The notes beneath the pieces are model-generated. The model had not been told where the DNA came from. It worked only from the letters and a program-made list of their open reading frames with translations, and made no database searches. DNA of 50,138 bases, from positions 1-50,138 of the IMG/VR virus record IMGVR_UViG_3300029947_000009; one strand, 5' to 3'. A program made the translations under genes and the position numbers. The DNA comes from a virus. This document shows positions 43,079-49,379 of the stretch, piece by piece. Numbering within the stretch: position 1 is the stretch's first letter; each line of letters begins with the position of its first letter.

Positions 43079-43567
43079 ATGACTAACCTGACCAACATCA
43101 ATCTGGAGACCCTGACTGCTACTGAACTCAAGACTCTGGCTAAGGAGTTCAAGGTAAAGAACTGGTGGAATCTGAAGAAGACTGACCTTATCACTGAGCT
43201 GACCAATATTAGACTGGACCTGGAAGACAAAGCTGCTGTCCAAAGGGCCAACGAGAAATATAAGGAGGAGCTCGAGAAGATGGCCAATAAGGTTTATCAG
43301 GAAGAAAAAATCCCCCAGAAGCCCAAGACCTCTTCTACTTCCAAAAAGACTTCTAAGGCTCCTAAGGTGGAGAAGGATGAGGAAAACCTGATAACCCTGA
43401 AAGAACTAGCTGCTGAGTTCCACATGAAGGGAACTAAGGCTCGGAGACTTCTTAGGAATGCTTCCATCTCCCGTCCCTATGGGGGCAATCGCTGGGAGTG
43501 GGATAAAAACCTTCACGTCGACGAACTGAATATGGCCAGGGAATATCTGAAGGCTCACATCAAGTAA
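43079..43567 (+). CDS. Hypothetical protein with an N-terminal HeH/Rho-N-like motif and a conserved C-terminal domain
   Basis: LTATELKTLAKEFKVKNWWNLKKTDLITEL at the N-terminus. Confidence 0.6.
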   Translation: MTNLTNINLETLTATELKTLAKEFKVKNWWNLKKTDLITELTNIRLDLEDKAAVQRANEKYKEELEKMANKVYQEEKIPQKPKTSSTSKKTSKAPKVEKDEENLITLKELAAEFHMKGTKARRLLRNASISRPYGGNRWEWDKNLHVDELNMAREYLKAHIK

Positions 43568-43580
43568 AAACAAGAAAAAG

Positions 43581-43608
43581 CCCCTCTAGTCTATTCAGAC
43601 TAGAGGGG
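43581..43608. terminator. Convergent-junction terminator (12-bp stem)
   Basis: cccctctagtct-attc-agactagagggg. The U-tract is present only for the minus-strand transcript (ctttttcttgttttt). Confidence 0.8.
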
Positions 43609-43621
43609 AATCCTTGAACTC

Positions 43622-44233
43622 TTAGCAGATATCCACTCCAATGGATTTGGTCTTCTCCCGATAGTATTCATGGAGTTCTTCCTGCATGTCCATAACTCCC
43701 ACAGCATCGAAAGATATAGCCTTAAGCTTTAAGAATAGACGGTCTAAATATTTGAGTTCCCGGTCGACATCCTTGACGTATTCGTTGATCTTAAGGGCAT
43801 CAGCCACACAGTCCAGATTCATAAGGGCCTTAGAGTATCCCGAGTAGGTCTCCTTGGTTTCGGACTCCCACTCCCTGTACTCATTGAAAGCCTTCTCTAT
43901 AGCCTGTTTCCGAACCTGGGGGGTTACATCAAAGCGAGTATACTGAACCCACTCAGTTGGTATGACCTCAGGCTCCTGGGGGTGTTCCCCAACCAGAAGT
44001 CTATTGTGGTGATTTATATAATATCTACACAGTCCCCGGTGCTCAGCAGACTCAGCCAGATACTGGTACTCATGCATTCTCTTGAATCCCATCAGACCCA
44101 GGAAGTCAAACAGGTCGGCCATCTGAGAGTGAAACATGAGAGCTGTAATTTGTCTGTCATGGATAGCCTTGAATATGTCTTCACTGGTCATTTCTTCAAG
44201 GGCCAGTGAGCTATACCTGTTCTTCCCCATCAT
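43622..44233 (-). CDS. All-alpha protein, possibly ferritin-like fold (weak call)
   Basis: 203 aa. ALMFHSQMADLFDFLGLMGFKRMHEYQYLAESAEHRGL loosely recalls ferritin-like helices. Confidence 0.3.
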   Translation of the reverse strand: MMGKNRYSSLALEEMTSEDIFKAIHDRQITALMFHSQMADLFDFLGLMGFKRMHEYQYLAESAEHRGLCRYYINHHNRLLVGEHPQEPEVIPTEWVQYTRFDVTPQVRKQAIEKAFNEYREWESETKETYSGYSKALMNLDCVADALKINEYVKDVDRELKYLDRLFLKLKAISFDAVGVMDMQEELHEYYREKTKSIGVDIC

Positions 44234-44405
44234 GTAAAAGTCTCCTTTCCAGAATTTCTAGTTTGTTGAGTATGCTATCCAACTTCTTCTGCATCTGGTC
44301 CTGTTCCTGATGTTGGGAGGTGTTCTTATCATAGTTTAAGAGTCCCAAGAAGGTATTAAACAGGGCTATGACATCAAAGGGGTCATACTCATTGGGATTG
44401 ATCAT
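44211..44405 (-). CDS. Small hypothetical protein
   Basis: 64 aa with an ATGA overlap with the upstream gene. Confidence 0.5.
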   Translation of the reverse strand: MINPNEYDPFDVIALFNTFLGLLNYDKNTSQHQEQDQMQKKLDSILNKLEILERRLLHDGEEQV

Positions 44406-44824
44406 GCCAGCTTGACCATACCTACACAGGTATGATTGACCGTACCAGCTACACCACTGATGTCAAGAGTAATCAGGGGACGGTTGACACAACAGGTAGT
44501 TAGGCACAGGTCAGTCTCAATGTGATCGGTATATACACTTCCAGCTACCACGGTATGCTGAGAGATAGCACAGGGAAGAGCGACCCCATCCTTGTAGAGC
44601 TGAATGATAGCTACTCCTGCAGCTGTGGGAGTATAGGTGACATCAGCGGAGAGGTGGTATAGACCAGACTTATTTACCCGAATACTGGCCGTATTCAGGG
44701 TCATGGAGCAGCCACTCTGAACTACGGGGGTGCCTTCCAGGTTCAGAGGGGTTAGGGCTGCTGTAAAAGCCTGAGCGGCATTGTTATAAACCCGAATGCA
44801 GGATTTAGCGTACTGATTGTTCAT
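44402..44824 (-). CDS. C1q/TNF-like jelly-roll protein resembling the BclA exosporium C-terminal domain (tentative)
   Basis: 140 aa. IRVNKSGLYHLSADVTYTPTAAGVAIIQLYKDGVALP ... VGMVKLA follows the beta-strand pattern of BclA-CTD (ETGFYKITVIANTA..LTIQVNGVPVPG...IIIEKVA). AAGGAG RBS. Confidence 0.4.
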   Translation of the reverse strand: MNNQYAKSCIRVYNNAAQAFTAALTPLNLEGTPVVQSGCSMTLNTASIRVNKSGLYHLSADVTYTPTAAGVAIIQLYKDGVALPCAISQHTVVAGSVYTDHIETDLCLTTCCVNRPLITLDISGVAGTVNHTCVGMVKLA

Positions 44825-44909
44825 ATCAAAATCTCCTTTTCATAGTGTAAGAGGGGGACTTACGCCCCCCTTCAGAGTGAGGCATAATTATATGCCAAAG
44901 TTTCAGGAA

Positions 44910-45620
44910 TTAGCAGCCGCAGCCGTTGCCACAGCCATAGGAGCCATAGCCATTAGCCGCCGTATAGGGACTGCAGGTAATATAGCTCGGAGTGGGGAAG
45001 GGTCTTACTGCGTTGATGATGGTCTGAGTCTGAGACAGGTTACCAAGCTGAAGCTGGGCAGCCTGCAGGTTGTCACGCAGCTCCTGGATGGTGTTCTGAG
45101 TCATCAGGGCCCGGGTAGCAGCACCATCTTCCCGGATGGCATTTACGATATCGCAGGTGTTGCGGGCATTTTCATACCGGACCGAGTCGATGTTGCGGTT
45201 GGTCTCACAGCAGCACTGCTGAGAGTCAAACCGAGCCTGGTTGATGTTCTGGTTGATTCCGTTGAAGCCCTGGCACAGGTCCCTCTGGACTCCGTTGAAC
45301 CCATTCAGCATGCCAGTGTTCATGGCGTAGAAGCCATCACACAGGCCGTTCTCCAGGCCATTGAGTTTGCCCATGACGTTCTGGTTGTCGAATCCCCTCT
45401 GGACCTCAGCGCTAGTAGCAAGCTGTTCACCGAAGTTCCGGTTTCCGAAGCCACCCCATCCGCCGTTTCCCCAGGCCAGAAGGAAGAACAGGAAGAACAC
45501 CCACATTCCGTTCCCCCCGAACAGACCATCGTTATCATAACCACGATTGCGGTCAGATACCAGGATAGCCTCGGAGGGGGTCATGCCACAGCCAGTGGCG
45601 CCAGTCATTTCCATACCCAT
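44910..45620 (-). CDS. Single-pass membrane protein rich in Gly/Asn/Cys, with internal repeats and a C-terminal GCGNGCGC tail
   Basis: 236 aa with a GGAGGT RBS. The TM segment MWVFFLFFLLAW is flanked by G-rich runs. ~20-aa repeats include NGLENGLCDGF, NGVQRDLCQGF, NQARFDSQQCCCET and VRYENARNTCDI. Confidence 0.6.
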   Translation of the reverse strand: MGMEMTGATGCGMTPSEAILVSDRNRGYDNDGLFGGNGMWVFFLFFLLAWGNGGWGGFGNRNFGEQLATSAEVQRGFDNQNVMGKLNGLENGLCDGFYAMNTGMLNGFNGVQRDLCQGFNGINQNINQARFDSQQCCCETNRNIDSVRYENARNTCDIVNAIREDGAATRALMTQNTIQELRDNLQAAQLQLGNLSQTQTIINAVRPFPTPSYITCSPYTAANGYGSYGCGNGCGC

Positions 45621-45645
45621 TTTGTTTTACCTCCATAATTTGAAT

Positions 45646-45861
45646 TTATTTCATCCCAGAGAACTGAGATTGAAACTGGTTCCAAGCGGCATCGAGGTCT
45701 ATTCCCCCTTGCCTACACAGATTGATGCAGGTCTGCTTGATTTGCTCCTCACTTTTCCCCTGGGCCATCTGTTGAGCCTGACGAAATAGGGGATGGTTCT
45801 GAAACTGAGACCTCATCATATTTTGCATCATATGTCCCATCTGAGCTCCAAAGTTCATCAT
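45646..45861 (-). CDS. Small Met/Gln-rich hypothetical protein
   Basis: 71 aa with an ATGA overlap with the upstream gene. Confidence 0.5.
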   Translation of the reverse strand: MMNFGAQMGHMMQNMMRSQFQNHPLFRQAQQMAQGKSEEQIKQTCINLCRQGGIDLDAAWNQFQSQFSGMK

Positions 45862-46328
45862 ACCTTTCCTCCTGTGGGATTAGTTAGTTGATCGAGTTGC
45901 TGAGAAAGATAGGACTTAATACCCTCTAGACCCCTAGAGAGTTCCTCCCGGGTTGCATATTTGCTGAGATCAATATCCTGAGATTTCTTATCTACCCGGG
46001 GAGACTCCACAGGGGTAGGAGAATCCAGGGAATATTTGCAGAATACAATGTTTCCATCTAGGCCTAACTGCTTAGTATAAATCTTGTTGTGGGCCTTATC
46101 AGGAAAGACAAACAGGGAGCCATCGAAGTCGATCATGGCTGCATTGGCCTCTTCTTCGTTTGATACAGGTCTTCCCTTAACCACAGGAAGCTGAGTCCCC
46201 ATATAAGAATTGGGGGAGGGTGTCTGAGGATATCCCTGAGAGTATTGGGGATATTGATTCTCAAGCTGGGTTAGTCTCTGCTGAGCAAAGACATTCGGGG
46301 GATTGTATCCATATGGAGTATAGTTCAT
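45858..46328 (-). CDS. Hypothetical protein with a Q/P/Y-rich N-terminus
   Basis: 156 aa with an AAGGAGG RBS; first gene after its own promoter. Confidence 0.6.
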   Translation of the reverse strand: MNYTPYGYNPPNVFAQQRLTQLENQYPQYSQGYPQTPSPNSYMGTQLPVVKGRPVSNEEEANAAMIDFDGSLFVFPDKAHNKIYTKQLGLDGNIVFCKYSLDSPTPVESPRVDKKSQDIDLSKYATREELSRGLEGIKSYLSQQLDQLTNPTGGKV

Positions 46329-46356
46329 CAGTTCCAGACCTCCTTTTTTTTATTAT

Positions 46357-46365
46357 ATTATAACA
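46357..46365 (-). promoter_or_regulatory. Extended -10 promoter (TGtTATAAT) for the accessory cassette
   Basis: Minus strand reads gactgTGtTATAATataataaaaaaaaGGAGGtctggaactgATG. Confidence 0.4.
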
Positions 46366-46432
46366 CAGTCTGAAGCTTTTATGGTCTAGATAAATGACCA
46401 GAAAGGTTCTGGTAAAGTTCAAAAATTGCGCA

Positions 46433-46462
46433 AAAAAAAAGGTAGTCCCGAAGGACTACCTC
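46433..46462 (-). terminator. Rho-independent terminator after the sigma-like gene
   Basis: aggtagtcc-ttcg-ggactacct followed by T9 on the minus strand. Confidence 0.8.
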
Positions 46463-46473
46463 TTGATATATAC

Positions 46474-46704
46474 TTAGATTATCTTGTTTAGCTTCTTCAG
46501 TATCTTTCTATGTTTCTTCTTTATGGAACTTTCACTATACCCCAGAAGATCTCCTATGTAGGAGAAATTCTTTCCTCTAAGATAGTGTAGTTTCATAATT
46601 TCTCTTTCTTCATCGGACAAAATGCATTTATCTAGAAGCTCAGAGAAGGTTTGGATTTCTACTATTTCCTTAACCTTATTTCGGGTCTCAATGTGTTCAG
46701 TCAT
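46474..46704 (-). CDS. Sigma-70 region-4-like HTH protein (candidate late transcription regulator)
   Basis: LSDEEREIMKLHYLRGKNFSYIGDLLGYSESSIKKKHRKILKKL. The start is set at the ATG at 46704 (MTEHIE...) because the upstream small ORF ends at 46715. Confidence 0.65.
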   Translation of the reverse strand: MTEHIETRNKVKEIVEIQTFSELLDKCILSDEEREIMKLHYLRGKNFSYIGDLLGYSESSIKKKHRKILKKLNKII

Positions 46705-46714
46705 AGGAAGTTCC

Positions 46715-46855
46715 TCAGGGTTTATTGGTATACTTCCCACAGGTTGGGCAGCGATAGGGATTTCCACCCTTAGAGGAAGTATTTCCAGAGCTTGTAGTGG
46801 ATTTCCTAACCCGGGTAGTTTTCACTACCGTGGTAGTTTGCTTGGCCTTCCCCAT
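46715..46855 (-). CDS. Small basic protein (46 aa, MGKAKQTTTVVKTTRVRKSTTSSGNTSSKGGNPYRCPTCGKYTNKP)
   Basis: Strong AAGGGGGTGA RBS 7 nt upstream of the ATG at 46855; below the ORF-track cutoff. Confidence 0.45.
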   Translation of the reverse strand: MGKAKQTTTVVKTTRVRKSTTSSGNTSSKGGNPYRCPTCGKYTNKP

Positions 46856-46858
46856 CTA

Positions 46859-47167
46859 TTATTCACCCCCTTCGTTATGGATAGCTTGATCATTGTATTG
46901 ATTTCCTTGAACGTTGTTTATACTAGAACCTTCTCCTTCCACTTCTTGAGTAGTAGTGGTTGTAGTAGTAACATACTCCCACTGAGACTCATACCACAAG
47001 AAGGAGAATGCCAGGGCCAGGTTTATCAGGATACTGATGATGAGAGCTATCCATAGTTTCTTGAAATACCCATTCCTCTCTTTCAAGAGTTCCAGGGATA
47101 TTTTAGCCAGGGCCAGATTTTCATCTTCCTCTGTGGTTAAGACCTCTCCTGGAATATGATCATTCAT
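46859..47167 (-). CDS. Membrane protein of the lysis cassette
   Basis: 102 aa with the TM helix LWIALIISILINLALAFSFLW. Confidence 0.55.
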   Translation of the reverse strand: MNDHIPGEVLTTEEDENLALAKISLELLKERNGYFKKLWIALIISILINLALAFSFLWYESQWEYVTTTTTTTQEVEGEGSSINNVQGNQYNDQAIHNEGGE

Positions 47168-47579
47168 TAGAATTCTCCCCCGATTCTCCCTTAAGCTGAT
47201 TGATAAAAGATTCTCCCGCAGAGGTAATCAGTCCAGATATATCTACTCCACTGGAGATGAGAAGATTAGTAGCCGTTCCAGAAAGGTTCTTTAGGGTCTT
47301 TTCAATTAGGAGCTTTTTCAGGTACTCAATCTCTTCAGGGGTAAGTTTTCCATCAGAAGCTGCAGCTTTCAAATTTTCCACCAGGGTCTGCTGGAGTTCA
47401 CCCACCGTTAGCTGAGTGGCCCGAATGGCCTCTTCTGTGGCTTTCTTAATGTTTTCCAGCTTGTGAGAATTTCCCATCTTCACAAGCAGCCAGGTGCCTG
47501 CCATACCTAATAGGGTTAGAACCACAGTTCCCAGAATCTGGGAGACGGTTTCAATAAGAGCGTTTACAAGAGCATCCAT
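47160..47579 (-). CDS. Holin (LL-H-type: N-terminal TM plus a long charged helical tail)
   Basis: ILGTVVLTLLGMAGTWLLV transmembrane segment, lying near the endolysin gene. Confidence 0.6.
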   Translation of the reverse strand: MDALVNALIETVSQILGTVVLTLLGMAGTWLLVKMGNSHKLENIKKATEEAIRATQLTVGELQQTLVENLKAAASDGKLTPEEIEYLKKLLIEKTLKNLSGTATNLLISSGVDISGLITSAGESFINQLKGESGENSNE

Positions 47580-47594
47580 ATTAAATTTTCCTCC

Positions 47595-47957
47595 TTAATT
47601 TTGATGGTCAAAAAGTGAACTTACGCCTAGTTTGGTTAGGAAGGTCTTTTGTTCCCCCTTTACTTTGGTAACATACTCTAGAGCTGAGTGCATATCCCCA
47701 TTGCAGTGAGCATCTGGAATTCGTTGAACCGCTCTGGCAGTAGCCTCTCCAAGGGTTAAGGAAGCTGAGATGGATTGAATCAAAATCAACCCCAACTCAG
47801 TTCTTTGCTTGGCCCTTTCTTCCTCTATGGATAGTCTAATAGCCTCCCTTCTGTCCATTTTCTTTTCAAGTCGGTGAGTGATTATGGGGGGGATACCCAC
47901 AGCCACTAGAAACAGCCACCAGGGACTGGACAAAACTGAACTCAGAAGTTCTTTCAA
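47595..47957 (-). CDS. Membrane protein of the lysis cassette (second holin or antiholin candidate)
   Basis: N-terminal TM segment WWLFLVAVGIPPIIT. Confidence 0.45.
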   Translation of the reverse strand: MKELLSSVLSSPWWLFLVAVGIPPIITHRLEKKMDRREAIRLSIEEERAKQRTELGLILIQSISASLTLGEATARAVQRIPDAHCNGDMHSALEYVTKVKGEQKTFLTKLGVSSLFDHQN

Positions 47958-47970
47958 TACTTATTCCCCC

Positions 47971-48558
47971 TTAATCCACATCCATATGGACGTAAGTATT
48001 ATCGATGGCATAAGCATAGTGTACCACTGATTGCTTACGCACTAGAGCCAGGGTCTGGGTACTAGTCCAGCCCCCCAGGCGGAAGTCCATGGCCCTACCA
48101 CTTAGATGTCTAGAGTTTTTTGCCGAGCCCGAGAGTTCATCATTATGGGCCTGACACCGAACAGTACTGGAGGGATACATAGGAACTCCAGCTTGTTCTC
48201 TAACCCCATCCGCCAGTTTCATAAGTCTTTCGGTCGGCTCTACTGGGAAACCACCACAACGGGGGCAGGGGCAGCGAATTCCAGGGTCAGTACGCTTAAA
48301 GTACTTGATCTCACTCCACCAAGAGGGGGATTGGTCATTGGGGGATACATTTTTGGAGGGTGTATATATCCTTCCAGCTGATACAGCTGATAGGAGGGCC
48401 TTTTGGGTCTCAGAACCCGCTACACCATCTGGGGAGAGTTTTTCCTGCTGCTGGAATGTTAATATGGCCGAAGTGGTTTTAGGCCCGCTAAGGCCATCCA
48501 CGGGGCCGGGGGAGTATCCCAGATAGGTCAATAGGGCTTGAATCTGTTTGATATTCAT
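47971..48558 (-). CDS. Endolysin: PG_binding_1 domain plus peptidase M15A (zinc D-Ala-D-Ala carboxypeptidase-like)
   Basis: Start at the ATG at 48558 (GAAGGTGA RBS). Contains LGYSPGPVDGLSGPKTTSAILTFQQQEKLSPDGVAG, SRHLSGRAMDF and YVHMDV. Confidence 0.8.
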   Translation of the reverse strand: MNIKQIQALLTYLGYSPGPVDGLSGPKTTSAILTFQQQEKLSPDGVAGSETQKALLSAVSAGRIYTPSKNVSPNDQSPSWWSEIKYFKRTDPGIRCPCPRCGGFPVEPTERLMKLADGVREQAGVPMYPSSTVRCQAHNDELSGSAKNSRHLSGRAMDFRLGGWTSTQTLALVRKQSVVHYAYAIDNTYVHMDVD

Positions 48559-49004
48559 TCTATCACCTTCTCCCAGGCCATGGATAACTCTCCAGGCTCC
48601 CAAATATTGTCATCAACAAGGGATCTATAGACAATCCCACCTTTGGAACAACAGTCCCCCTTATTGTAGGGACTGGTGGCTAGTTTTACAAAGGGAAGGG
48701 CTTTCGCCGGGTTGGTACTCCACGCAAAGCCCCACTGGGCAGATAATTCCTCAGGTTCCTGGGTGTAGATGGTGCTGTCATAGGGCTGCACCAGCCGCAC
48801 CACACGTCCGGCGGGAGACCGGCACACGAACCCCGCCGCACGTTCCAGCATGTTCTTGTTGGCCACTGCGGCCGTGAAGGACGGGATATCCCCATCCGCC
48901 GCATTCAGCTCCGTGCCGTTCATGGCAGGGGCTTCTTCCTGAAGCTTCAGGGCGTTCGCCCTGCCCTGGGCATACATGATGCTTTTTCTTTCCTCTTGGG
49001 TCAC
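48555..49004 (-). CDS. Hypothetical fibre-associated protein with a possible CBM5/12-like C-terminus
   Basis: 149 aa with a GTG start (GTGA overlap). The GC composition changes inside the gene. Confidence 0.45.
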   Translation of the reverse strand: MTQEERKSIMYAQGRANALKLQEEAPAMNGTELNAADGDIPSFTAAVANKNMLERAAGFVCRSPAGRVVRLVQPYDSTIYTQEPEELSAQWGFAWSTNPAKALPFVKLATSPYNKGDCCSKGGIVYRSLVDDNIWEPGELSMAWEKVIE

Positions 49005-49123
49005 AGACTGTTCACCCCTTCCCGGTAGGCGGCGTCCAGCTCCTGAAGCTGTTCCTCGCCGCCACTGGCCTTGATCTCGGCGATTTTCGCCAGAATCGCG
49101 TTTTTGCGTTCTTCGATCGTCAT
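49001..49123 (-). CDS. Small hypothetical protein (40 aa, MTIEERKNAILAKIAEIKASGGEEQLQELDAAYREGVNSL)
   Basis: ATGA and GTGA overlaps couple it to both neighbouring genes. Confidence 0.45.
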   Translation of the reverse strand: MTIEERKNAILAKIAEIKASGGEEQLQELDAAYREGVNSL

Positions 49124-49368
49124 ACGTCTAAAGCCTCCTCGATTTCAGATAGGGCAGCTTCGTACTCGGCATTTTGCTTCTGGGCGGCTTCCAGCGGGGT
49201 GAGAATTTCCACCCCATCCCGGTAGAATTTACCGTCGCTATAGGTGTCGCCGATGCCAACCGGGCGGTCTGCGGGGTCGATGAGGGATTCCGTTTCCGGC
49301 TCAGAATCGGAACACCATAGCATGTTGGCCACGGTGCCGTTTTCAATAAGTGCCATTGATTTTGCCAT
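49120..49368 (-). CDS. Small fibre-associated protein (possible fibre assembly chaperone)
   Basis: 82 aa. The N-terminal LIENGTVANMLW motif is common in small ORFs next to fibre genes. Confidence 0.4.
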   Translation of the reverse strand: MAKSMALIENGTVANMLWCSDSEPETESLIDPADRPVGIGDTYSDGKFYRDGVEILTPLEAAQKQNAEYEAALSEIEEALDV

Positions 49369-49379
49369 TGTGTTCCCTC

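Noticed and set aside
10405-45392. Spo0A-box-like heptamers (TGTCGAA) seen at about 10409 and about 45386
   Set aside because: Both lie inside coding regions. The number seen is about what chance predicts for a 7-mer in 50 kb, so they are not evidence of regulation.
44817-45638. 273-aa plus-strand ORF opposite 44910..45620
   Set aside because: The minus-strand ORF has a GGAGGT RBS and fits the operon direction. The plus ORF starts inside the upstream gene's RBS region and has no signals.
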